Shown: in pieces, positions 8,599 to 18,295 of the stretch
Position numbering within the stretch: the first letter of the stretch is position 1
How the letters are laid out: each line of letters begins with the position of its first letter
IMG/VR virus record: IMGVR_UViG_3300009124_000012
Coordinates: 1-62,222 of that record
Reading direction: 5' to 3' (one strand)
Length of the DNA stretch: 62,222 nucleotides
From: a virus
Taxonomy: Duplodnaviria; Caudoviricetes
Translations under genes and position numbers: made by a program
The notes under the pieces: generated by a model
Told to the model about the DNA's origin: nothing
What the model saw: the letters and a program-made list of their open reading frames with translations, nothing else
Database searches by the model: none

Positions 8599-11500
8599 TC
8601 AAATAATAGTCCAACTTCCGCCAGGTTCAATTGTAACCGAATTTCCACTAGCGATCGTAAGAGGACCATTACTACTTGCAGATGTTCCAGCAGGAATTGT
8701 GACATTCTCTGTAAGGACGTTTCTGGTAACTTTGATGATGCCGTAAGTATCTAACCAAAGTGGATCACCGTTTACACGTTGAACACCTGATATGTTGATG
8801 TCTCCACCAACATCAAGAGTATATAGAACATTAGATGTGTTGATACCTACTTTAGAAATTCTGTAGATATCCGAACCAGATTTAGTCCAGTTAGAACTTG
8901 TTAGAGTTTGACCGCCCTGGGTAATGGTTCCCGTAAAGTTGACATCACCATTAACATCCAAAGTATATTGTGGATTGTTGGTATTGATACCAACACGGTT
9001 ATTAGAACCATCGATTGCAATTGCAGATGTTCCGTTCCAAGTTGTTCCACCACCAGTAGTGGATCCCTGAATAGTGAACAAATTATTAGCAACGAGTTGG
9101 TTACCAATTCTGAAGTTTCTATAGTTTGAAGAACCAAGGAATACCAGTGGAGCACCAGAGTTATCACCAGCACTATCAATTGTGACGCTATTCTGTACTG
9201 TTAGAGTATCAGAAACATATGCCTGACCAGAAACATATAGTTCATATGTTCCAGGGTTCTCTGTATTGATACCAAGACGACCATCACCAGTGATGATCAT
9301 ATTAGTCCTTAGTGTTCCATTATTAGTCATTCTGAAGCGGAACGATGTGTTCGCTTCATCGTCATCACCAAAGTCTGTATCGTTTACAGTGACTGCTTCG
9401 ATATAACCTTCGTTGGCAGCATTGTTTCCATCCTGGTTTTTGAACATGATGGAAGCACCACCAGGAGCAGTTCCAAAATCAGATCTAGTAGTTTCAAGGC
9501 GGAGTAGTGCTGGAATATCACCAGTTGATACGTTTGGACTGTAGATATGTAATTTAGATCCACTGTTTGGTCCTGTGGTTCCAATACCAACGTTATTTGC
9601 AGATGCATCAACAAACAGTGTTCCACTATCAACATTCAGGTCATCCGTCATGGTGACAACACCTGTCAGACCTGTAGTTCCCGCAACAGTTAGATTTGAA
9701 CTACCACCAGTAATTGCTAGCGAACCAGTCATGGTATCGCCAGACTTCAGTACGTTTGCTGTTGCGGCACCAGATAGAGAAGCGGTGATTGTTCCAGCAG
9801 AGAAGTCTCCGCTAGAATCTCTTTGTACAGCAGCATTTGGTGTGTTTGCACTTGCAAACGAAATGTTACCTGCGTTCCAAATAATATTGTTGTTGACGGT
9901 CAAAGAATTAGGACCGCTAACAATAACATTCAATCCACCACTTCCATCAGAAGCATTACCACCACTTGCTATAATTGCAGCGTTGTAGTTAGATGCTGCT
10001 AGAGCACTGGATCTGAAGTAAATTGCAGGATCGGTTGCAACACCATTGTTTCTACCGAGGATCATCCTTGCAGTTCCACCTGCAGCACTCTCAATCTTCG
10101 CTACCTGATATGTACCAGCAACATCTAACCAGTAATCATCAAATAGAACGCTAACAGCAGTAGTACCAACTCTTACCGCACCACCCTGTGCAGTAAATCC
10201 ACCTGAAGTTAGAACAACGTTCAGGATAGTGTAGTCTTCTGTATTGTCTGTAACATTATTAACAGTAACAGAGTTAATTGTTAGGTTACCAACGTTCTGA
10301 TCAAGAGAGTTATATAGGTTGATGCTTGAGGTTGCTAGGAATGGAGCGGTGGTTAGTGTTTGACCAGAAATATAGATGTTATAAACTGGTTGACCACTGA
10401 TCTCTCTAACGGTAATAGAATCTTCAAACTGCTTAGATTCCTGGAAGTTTGGTAGGTGGTTCTGAGAAATAGTTCCAAAGTTAATGTTTAAAGCATTTCT
10501 GTACCAAGTTCCTTGGCGACCATCTAATCTATCAGCGTCTAGTCCAGAACCAGCTCCGTGGTTGTTTGTAGACCAGACTTCATGCCAACTTCCGAAGGAA
10601 GATACACCAGATCCAGAACCACGGATGTACATATTGTTATCATCCGCAAATGCCAACTGGCGTACACCACCATAACTTCCATCGGTACTAGCACCACCAT
10701 TTCTTAGTGTTAGGACTAAGTGCTTACTACCAGCGACGTTTAGACCGTCAGCAGTGTTGTCTCTAGTTGCAGACGTAGTACCTTCAGCAAAATCACTAGG
10801 AACAGGACTGCTACCAGAGTTTGTGGTTAGTGTTGTAAGTCTATCTGCACCACCCTCTGCAGTACCAGTAATAGAAATTCTGTATGTTCCAGAAAGTCTA
10901 TCTACAGGAACTGTACCTGCATTTAGGTTTGTAGCATTGAGGTAGTATGCACCTTCCTCGTTATCTAGTTTGTCTGCATCTAGTCCAGAACCAGAACCAG
11001 TTTTCAGTTCAACAGAACCATCACCATCAACACCAATGTTGAACTGATTTTTCTTAAATCTTGCAATACCACTCTTACCATAAGGGTTGGTGCTATCAGT
11101 AACTTGGTCAACTCTTCTGATATCAAGACCAACATTTGCATAATACTTAGGTGTAGTGTTGATCTTGACTAGCAAGTTGACATTGCTGCTTCCCGTTGGC
11201 AGAGCAACAGGAGCGGATGTAACAGCAAAGTCTTGAACATATCCAGAACCAGTGTTAGTTACTTCAACATCGGTGATTGTTCCACCAGTGATTGTGAAGT
11301 TTGCGAATAGATCGTTTCCACTTCCACCTTGAATTTGAACATTATAGAATTGTCCGTCACTAGCAAAACCAGTACCACCATTCTGAACAACAATTTCTGA
11401 AACGAAAGCACCTTGTGTCTGATTACTATCAAATAGCAATGGAGATACAGGTCTTCCAAATTCAATAACTGTTCCTGATGGAACAGCAGCAGTAAGAGGA

Positions 11501-14500
11501 TTACTGATAGAAACAGAAGTTATACCTCCCGCTGTTGTAACACCAGTGACAGTAGTGTTTGCTGGAATACCTGCAACATTATTGACAACATCATGACCGA
11601 TGAGTGGATTGCCAGTCGTATCGAAGCGTAGAACTTGGTCACTAGAAGAAGCAGCAGAGTTTGTAATTTCAAAGTATCTCTCTTCAGTACCTTTGATTGA
11701 CTGTACTGCAGGAGCATATGTAGTATCTCCTCTCAAGAAAGTAAAGGAGTTTGCTGATCCTGTACCAAGCAAGGAAGAACTAATAACGTTTCCTGCCGTT
11801 GCAGTCAGGTCGTTAATGTTAATGCTCTGTGCAGTAAGAGAAATCCAGTTACCATCATCATTTGCTGAAGTATTGATTACTCTTGTTAATGTAACTGTTA
11901 CTGAAGGAACATCACTGGATTGTACAGTGTCAGTATCTTCAATCTTGACATTGTTAACGATGTCGCCATATACTCTACTTTCAATTAGAGCACTAGCAAC
12001 TGCCTGAGTACCACCTGTACCAGGAGCAGAGATATTAACTGTTGGTTGTGTGGTGTAACCTTTACCACCGACATATCCACCAAAGTCTGTTAGAACAATG
12101 GTTGTGATTTGACCATTAGCAATGGTAGCCACAGCGTTTGCAGCAACAGAACCTGCACCAGGGTTACCACCAGTAATAGTGATTGTTGGTGGAGATTGAT
12201 ATCCAGCACCAGGGTTTGAAATGTTGATTTGATAAACAACACCTTTTCTGTGCTCTGTAACTTGTAGTTGACCACTAGTTCCACTACCAGTTACAATATC
12301 ATTGACATTGAAGTCTGTTGTAGTGTCAGTAGCATATGCTAGGAACAAACTATCGTTATCATTGTTTAGAATGAATGATGTTTGTGTATCCTGTTGGATT
12401 GCAATATCACCAGCAAGTGCTCCTTCTAGTGCCAGTCTTTCTGTCTGGTCTGCTACGGTGTAAACGTCAAATGGTCTTAGTGCTGGGATCTGGTCAATAG
12501 AAATCTTACCACTATCGGTAAGTTCGACTAGAGATCTAGGAACAGCGTTTGTGGAGTATGGTTTGTTGATGTATTGACCTAAGTTGTTAGTGATGTAATC
12601 TCTAACTGCTTTCTGTGTAGGTAGTTTTTCATCGGTAGCAAATGCTCCACCCAAAGTAGCAGAAGCATCGAAACCAGTAACAACAACGTCACCACCTTTC
12701 AGTTTCAAGAATTCAACTTCGGAGATTTCAACAGTACCTGTAAAGGTAATAGCACCAGTTCTGTTTTCGATCTTAGCGAATGTACCAACCTTGAAGTCAC
12801 CAAGTTCATCAGTACCAGAGACGTAAACACGACCATATGACTGAGAAACTTGCTCGTTAGCTTCGATCTTAGTACCACCGTTTTCTGGTAGTGCATTATA
12901 GTCTGTACCAGCACCAGCAAATTCCCAAGTGTGGGAAGAAGAGTTAACAATAGATGGTCTGTGTAGATTGATTACTTTACCGCTAAGTTCTGCTGTAGAA
13001 ATTGGAGCAGATTGACCATCCGATTTTCTGGTCAATAGCATTTGAGCATTGACCGTTACTGTTGCAGTAAATGGAGCACTAACGGATACACTATTTGGAT
13101 CAACAGATTCGATGAAGTATTCGATGTCTGAGTTGGTGTTATCATATTCTGGGAGTTTGATAACATAATGCTCAAGAGGTGGTCTTCCCAATCCAGAAAT
13201 CGTGAAGATTGTGAGACCAGTTGGAGTAGAACTTACATTAGAGATAGAACCAACGTCAAAATCATATGGATCTTTTCTGAAACCAGTTGCTCTTAGAGCA
13301 TAGATACCAAAGTTTGTAGCGGAGTTTGTGATGGATGCATAACCACCAGTTTCTGATAGAACACCATCAGCACAGAAGATAACAAAGACTGAAACCAACT
13401 GGGTGTAACCATCGTTGATAACTCTGTATCCAGTACCATTGAACGAGACAATCGTGAATGCCGATGCAACCATCGACTTACCCTGGTTGGGGAACGACGC
13501 TCTAGGTGGTCCTGATGGGTTTGCGGGATCTTCTTCTAGACCTGCTTTTGGAGAGTTTGGTGTTTGGATCTTGTCTCCATCAACTTCACAACCACTACCA
13601 CCAGCAAATGAGATGATAGAAGAGTTCTGAATATATGGCGATGCTTCAATAATTGGAAGATCGTCATAGAATGCTCGTGGAGTAATGAAGTTTCCACCAT
13701 TATCAGAAATAACACCATCTGGATAGGTAGGTTCGATTACCTTAAGTGTTCCATACGTCTTGACAGTTGCACCTGGAGCAATTGTTCCATCAAGAATGTC
13801 CTCAAAGAGAGCAAATGATGTTGTGATAGTAGAAGCAACGTTTGCACAGAGAGGTGTGGTTGCATATAGAGCAATATTCCAATCTACAAACTGAGGAACG
13901 TCGGAGTTGGCAACAGTTACAGGATCGTAGATAAGAACTGTTGCACCTGCAAGCGCACTTACAAATGTATGTGCTACACCAGTAGCAGATCCTGCGTCTC
14001 CAACATTAGTGGTGATTGTGGTTATTCCGCCAGAAGAAACAACGCTTGAAATGGGAAGGCTCTTACCATAGTTTCTATCACGATCAGTTGGACTTGCAAG
14101 GTTTCCACCACCGTTAGATGCACATGAGAATGTTAGTGCTCCTTCTTGGAAAGCAATTCTATCGGTATTAGTGATTGGTGTTGCTGGATCTGGGAAACTA
14201 ACAGATAGAGCACCAGTCGTAGAATCGTAAGTTGCGTTTGTTGGTGTTACACCAACTGCAGTTCCATCTGTCCAGTTTCTGATTGCTTGAATAGCTAGAT
14301 CTCTTGCTTTTTCATATGCAAAGATTGTTGCAGCAAGTTCGGATTGAGGAATACCTGTAAGTTGGTTTCCAGTAAAATAAGTCTCAGCATTGGTGACAAT
14401 ACCAGCATTTCCGCCAAGAACCAAGTCTCTTCTAAGACCTCTTAGTACGTACTTAACGTCCCTCTTACACTTAAATCTATTTTGATCATTCAGTCCTAAA

Positions 14501-17500
14501 GATGGATATTGTGCCTCTGCGAGTAACAGTGCTTCATCAGCAATAACTTCAATGTTTCTTGCAATCAAATACGCAGCATCTAGATACGTACCTGTTGCAT
14601 CATTTGTGAGAACATCAGCAAAGGTGTAAGCAAGGGTATCGATAGCAGATACTACGTCAGCACAAACCGATCCATCAGAAGCGGTGCCATCTGCATTTTG
14701 AGTTGCAGTGGATGTGATAATTGTACTATCAGTAAATAGTGGGATACTAGAATACTTAGGTACATACGTTGGATTTTGTACTGTTCCGTCACCAGTAATC
14801 CAATTACGTACTGCAAAAATTGCAAGTTGTCTTGCTAGTTCATATGCACGAACAGTTTCAGCAATTTGATTGTCAACATAACCAATTTGTGTTGCTTCTA
14901 CATAACGTTCTGCTGCTTCGATGACATTATAGTTGCCACCAAATTCAAGGTCCATGATGATGGCATTTAAATAGTGCTTAACATCTCTGTAGCACTTCTC
15001 GTCGCCATTGGGGATGTTAAATCCAGGATAGATTTTTTGTCCCTGAGTGCAAGAAACTACGAGACCTTCAACCTTGACGGTATCTCCATCAGTGAGACCA
15101 GGGTTTGTTGCCGTAGTAATTGTGCCAACACCAGTTACATTGTTGTATGTAAGACCGTTTACAACGTAATCAGTTCCATTAAATGTAACTGTACCACCAT
15201 TTACATACGTGTGAACAAAATCATTTGGAGTTGTGTAAATATCAAATGCATTATTTGCACCATTTACATTTGAAACAGTGAAATACTTTTGTGCGAATTC
15301 ATCATTAATCTGCTTGACAACTTCATCAGCAATAAAATCTGTGTTATTTCTGATGAGATTACAAGCATCTTGGAAACGTCTCTCAACAGGTTGTGACAGA
15401 CTAAACTTGTTGGGAGAGTTTAGCAAGGTCATAGTTACATGCTTAGTGTAACCAACTGCTGTTACTCCAGTGGGTTCAGATGTTCCTGTAAAGGTAGGAA
15501 TTTTCTTTGGAATTACAAATCTTCTAGATCTACCATCATCATCTCTAATGATTTTATAAATCCTTTGCTTACCGTTTAAAGGACTTAAGTTTCCAGTAAG
15601 ACCTGAGATGGTAATTTCTTCTCCCTCTTTGAATTCATGGAAACCTGTTCTACCAGGGAGAAGCGTGCTAGTGTAGAAAACAATACCACCGAGATCTTCA
15701 CTGTTTCCATAAAGATCAGACTGAAAACCATCAGTGAATGTTCCTTGAAGAGAACCGTCAACTTCAGTAATAGAGTAACTTAGTGTTGGAGTTTCGTAAT
15801 GAGAAGTAACTTCACCTTCTGCTCTAATAGAAACTACCTTGCCAGTAGTAAATTCGTAGATTGCTGCTGCATATACAACTGCATTTGTTTCTGCACGTAC
15901 AAAAGTATGTGTAGAAAGGTCTGTAGAAGTTCCAACTTGAATTTCAAATGTATTTGTGGTAACATTTGAAATACCTAACCATACATCATATGCAGGGTCT
16001 GTATTTCTTGGATATGCGTGCTCTGTAGCGTTGTTATCTAAACTACAAGTGAATACTAAAGATTCTTTTGCAAGTTTGATCTTATCTCCATTAGCAAATC
16101 CATGATTATTGATGGTGATTACAGATACACCTGTTGCTGGATCATACGTTGCATTTGTTGGAGTAAAGTACGTAGGAACGTAGTAATCTACAGGTTCAAC
16201 GTCATTAAAAGCATCTTGAGTTTTTACTAATGCTTCTAATGTACCAGATTGATATGCAGTAGTTCCTGTAGTAGTATCAAATACCACACTGGTAACTGTA
16301 CCTCTAGCAAAACTGTTTGTTCCAAAAAGATCTAATCCTGCTACAAGAGCAGATAATCCCGTGTTTGATGAGAATGGAACACTAACTTTGTTTTGACCTT
16401 TGAACTGATATCCAATTGGGAAGTCGCGTTCAAAATCTCCACCAGAATTTGGATCGTAATAAATTCTTTGCTTGTCATCAAATACAACAGCATAGTTCCA
16501 AGTAAATTGTGGATCGCCATTGTTATCAACTTCATCTCGGAAAGTAATACCAAAAATATAGTTTTTATCAGCAACCTTGAACATATGCTTGTTAGCATTT
16601 TTAGGTCTGATAATTACTAGACGAAGGTTGTCACCAACAATCGAACAATCTGGTGGAATTGAGATTGGGTTATCTTCTCGATATTCACCACCCGCAATGA
16701 TAACAGTTTCTTTTACGCCAACTGTTGCTTGTGCAAGTTGACATGCCCTTTTAATAGATCTTACAGGAGCAACTGCAGAACGACCATCATTATCATCACT
16801 ACCAATAGTTTCGGAAACGTAAATACGACCACCAACGTCATTCGTTGCTAGGTTGAGGACGTATTCCGTGGTAGCAATCTTGTCTGATCTATCACCTTGT
16901 AGAGGAGTGATAGAACGAGGGAAGATACCAGATTCTCCAGATGTACCGTAGAAACTTTCTGTTGGTCTATCTACTCGGAAACCAATATGCTTGAACTGGA
17001 CCCCACCGTTGGTAACAATACCATCAGTATGTGTTGGAGGGACGCTACTGGTAGTACCAGTGTTTAGTGCTTGGTATACATTATCTAGATAGTAACGATA
17101 TGGAGTTCCATCGTCAACATTGACGATTACGTTTCCAACAAATTCTGTGCCCGTATTGTTTGCAAATGTCTTGAGGTTTGGAGCCCTCATGTTGACATCA
17201 GGGGTCACAAAGTTATCAATATCTAGGTTTAAAACCCTAGCAGTATCAGAAATGATAGATGTTGAGGTTCTTACAGCACCATTAACGTCAAGTTCGTACT
17301 CAACCGTATCAAGTAATGCTTCAGCCGAAGCACCAACACCATTGTCTCCTTGTTGTGCAGTGATAGTTACAGTTGGAGGGTTATCATAACCACTTCCAGG
17401 TTCATCAACAATAATGAATGTAACTTGTCCTGTAAGTTGGTTGATGACAGATGATGCTAATGCCTGAACACCATCTGATCTATTAGGAGCACTAAGTGTT

Positions 17501-17733
17501 ACTGATGGTTCTGTTGCATAAAGAGAACCGCCTGCAGTAACATTAATTTTTTCTACTCTTTCTCCAGTTCGGTTAACACCAACCCTAGGTAAGTTAGTGT
17601 CCGAAAGTTGCATCCTAAGAACTTCTTTCTGGTTGGAACCCTGACCCGACCTTACAGTAAATTCTGTAGTTCCTACTACCTTAGGGGTAGTACCCTGAAT
17701 AGTTTGTTTATCCGAATTAAACTGTAAACTCAT
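8599..17733 (-). CDS. giant virion structural / tail-fibre protein (3044 aa): split beta-helix, two phycobiliprotein-like helical repeats, GxGY beta-modules, C-terminal fibre repeats
   Basis: GRIYVS..GSDDNDG..SIKRA..GEYREDNPI..IVGDNLR beta-helix start; KCYRD and KCKRD repeats; DADKLD/DADRLDG and VGINTxxPxYxLDVxG fibre repeats. Confidence 0.8.
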   Translation of the reverse strand: MSLQFNSDKQTIQGTTPKVVGTTEFTVRSGQGSNQKEVLRMQLSDTNLPRVGVNRTGERVEKINVTAGGSLYATEPSVTLSAPNRSDGVQALASSVINQLTGQVTFIIVDEPGSGYDNPPTVTITAQQGDNGVGASAEALLDTVEYELDVNGAVRTSTSIISDTARVLNLDIDNFVTPDVNMRAPNLKTFANNTGTEFVGNVIVNVDDGTPYRYYLDNVYQALNTGTTSSVPPTHTDGIVTNGGVQFKHIGFRVDRPTESFYGTSGESGIFPRSITPLQGDRSDKIATTEYVLNLATNDVGGRIYVSETIGSDDNDGRSAVAPVRSIKRACQLAQATVGVKETVIIAGGEYREDNPISIPPDCSIVGDNLRLVIIRPKNANKHMFKVADKNYIFGITFRDEVDNNGDPQFTWNYAVVFDDKQRIYYDPNSGGDFERDFPIGYQFKGQNKVSVPFSSNTGLSALVAGLDLFGTNSFARGTVTSVVFDTTTGTTAYQSGTLEALVKTQDAFNDVEPVDYYVPTYFTPTNATYDPATGVSVITINNHGFANGDKIKLAKESLVFTCSLDNNATEHAYPRNTDPAYDVWLGISNVTTNTFEIQVGTSTDLSTHTFVRAETNAVVYAAAIYEFTTGKVVSIRAEGEVTSHYETPTLSYSITEVDGSLQGTFTDGFQSDLYGNSEDLGGIVFYTSTLLPGRTGFHEFKEGEEITISGLTGNLSPLNGKQRIYKIIRDDDGRSRRFVIPKKIPTFTGTSEPTGVTAVGYTKHVTMTLLNSPNKFSLSQPVERRFQDACNLIRNNTDFIADEVVKQINDEFAQKYFTVSNVNGANNAFDIYTTPNDFVHTYVNGGTVTFNGTDYVVNGLTYNNVTGVGTITTATNPGLTDGDTVKVEGLVVSCTQGQKIYPGFNIPNGDEKCYRDVKHYLNAIIMDLEFGGNYNVIEAAERYVEATQIGYVDNQIAETVRAYELARQLAIFAVRNWITGDGTVQNPTYVPKYSSIPLFTDSTIITSTATQNADGTASDGSVCADVVSAIDTLAYTFADVLTNDATGTYLDAAYLIARNIEVIADEALLLAEAQYPSLGLNDQNRFKCKRDVKYVLRGLRRDLVLGGNAGIVTNAETYFTGNQLTGIPQSELAATIFAYEKARDLAIQAIRNWTDGTAVGVTPTNATYDSTTGALSVSFPDPATPITNTDRIAFQEGALTFSCASNGGGNLASPTDRDRNYGKSLPISSVVSSGGITTITTNVGDAGSATGVAHTFVSALAGATVLIYDPVTVANSDVPQFVDWNIALYATTPLCANVASTITTSFALFEDILDGTIAPGATVKTYGTLKVIEPTYPDGVISDNGGNFITPRAFYDDLPIIEASPYIQNSSIISFAGGSGCEVDGDKIQTPNSPKAGLEEDPANPSGPPRASFPNQGKSMVASAFTIVSFNGTGYRVINDGYTQLVSVFVIFCADGVLSETGGYASITNSATNFGIYALRATGFRKDPYDFDVGSISNVSSTPTGLTIFTISGLGRPPLEHYVIKLPEYDNTNSDIEYFIESVDPNSVSVSAPFTATVTVNAQMLLTRKSDGQSAPISTAELSGKVINLHRPSIVNSSSHTWEFAGAGTDYNALPENGGTKIEANEQVSQSYGRVYVSGTDELGDFKVGTFAKIENRTGAITFTGTVEISEVEFLKLKGGDVVVTGFDASATLGGAFATDEKLPTQKAVRDYITNNLGQYINKPYSTNAVPRSLVELTDSGKISIDQIPALRPFDVYTVADQTERLALEGALAGDIAIQQDTQTSFILNNDNDSLFLAYATDTTTDFNVNDIVTGSGTSGQLQVTEHRKGVVYQINISNPGAGYQSPPTITITGGNPGAGSVAANAVATIANGQITTIVLTDFGGYVGGKGYTTQPTVNISAPGTGGTQAVASALIESRVYGDIVNNVKIEDTDTVQSSDVPSVTVTLTRVINTSANDDGNWISLTAQSININDLTATAGNVISSSLLGTGSANSFTFLRGDTTYAPAVQSIKGTEERYFEITNSAASSSDQVLRFDTTGNPLIGHDVVNNVAGIPANTTVTGVTTAGGITSVSISNPLTAAVPSGTVIEFGRPVSPLLFDSNQTQGAFVSEIVVQNGGTGFASDGQFYNVQIQGGSGNDLFANFTITGGTITDVEVTNTGSGYVQDFAVTSAPVALPTGSSNVNLLVKINTTPKYYANVGLDIRRVDQVTDSTNPYGKSGIARFKKNQFNIGVDGDGSVELKTGSGSGLDADKLDNEEGAYYLNATNLNAGTVPVDRLSGTYRISITGTAEGGADRLTTLTTNSGSSPVPSDFAEGTTSATRDNTADGLNVAGSKHLVLTLRNGGASTDGSYGGVRQLAFADDNNMYIRGSGSGVSSFGSWHEVWSTNNHGAGSGLDADRLDGRQGTWYRNALNINFGTISQNHLPNFQESKQFEDSITVREISGQPVYNIYISGQTLTTAPFLATSSINLYNSLDQNVGNLTINSVTVNNVTDNTEDYTILNVVLTSGGFTAQGGAVRVGTTAVSVLFDDYWLDVAGTYQVAKIESAAGGTARMILGRNNGVATDPAIYFRSSALAASNYNAAIIASGGNASDGSGGLNVIVSGPNSLTVNNNIIWNAGNISFASANTPNAAVQRDSSGDFSAGTITASLSGAATANVLKSGDTMTGSLAITGGSSNLTVAGTTGLTGVVTMTDDLNVDSGTLFVDASANNVGIGTTGPNSGSKLHIYSPNVSTGDIPALLRLETTRSDFGTAPGGASIMFKNQDGNNAANEGYIEAVTVNDTDFGDDDEANTSFRFRMTNNGTLRTNMIITGDGRLGINTENPGTYELYVSGQAYVSDTLTVQNSVTIDSAGDNSGAPLVFLGSSNYRNFRIGNQLVANNLFTIQGSTTGGGTTWNGTSAIAIDGSNNRVGINTNNPQYTLDVNGDVNFTGTITQGGQTLTSSNWTKSGSDIYRISKVGINTSNVLYTLDVGGDINISGVQRVNGDPLWLDTYGIIKVTRNVLTENVTIPAGTSASSNGPLTIASGNSVTIEPGGSWTII

Positions 17734-17774
17734 CTCGGGAGAGCTCCTTGAATATTCTTATATTTCTATACTTT

Positions 17775-17782
17775 TATTTATT
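17775..17782 (-). promoter_or_regulatory. late promoter
   Basis: AATAAATA about 40 nt upstream of the 3044-aa gene. Confidence 0.5.
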
Positions 17783-17784
17783 TA

Positions 17785-18294
17785 CTAAGCGTAGGCAACT
17801 GTAGTAATTGTGGTATGTGCAATCCAAGTTACAGTCTGTACTCCGCCAGATTTAGTAGCACTATAACTAAATTTATTTACATCTCCAGCATCATATGGTT
17901 CAATCGACCAAGTTTGCGCTGCGGGAATTGTATCCTTAATAATAGTATTCAAACTGGATAAAGCACTAACATTTCCTGCTCCATCAACATATACAGCAGT
18001 TTCAATCTTAATAACATACTGCCCAGAACCAGAATTATCATCTGCAGCAACAATTTGTGCTGTGACAAAATTCATCGTATTATTTTGTAGAGTAATCAAT
18101 TCTGTACCATCAAGAGTTAGAACCTCGGTGTTGGATCCTCTCAAGATGTAAACTCTAGTGAAACCATCCGTGTGGTTTCTATTTTGAACGTGGAGAGTAT
18201 TTACGTTCTGAACATCACGTTGATCACTGATAACATTTACATCATCAATTGAAAATCCACCTGTTGAACTAAAATCTTTGTTTGTTACTGCCAT
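17785..18294 (-). CDS. virion structural protein
   Basis: 169-aa beta-rich ORF between two giant structural genes. Confidence 0.7.
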   Translation of the reverse strand: MAVTNKDFSSTGGFSIDDVNVISDQRDVQNVNTLHVQNRNHTDGFTRVYILRGSNTEVLTLDGTELITLQNNTMNFVTAQIVAADDNSGSGQYVIKIETAVYVDGAGNVSALSSLNTIIKDTIPAAQTWSIEPYDAGDVNKFSYSATKSGGVQTVTWIAHTTITTVAYA

Positions 18295-18295
18295 T

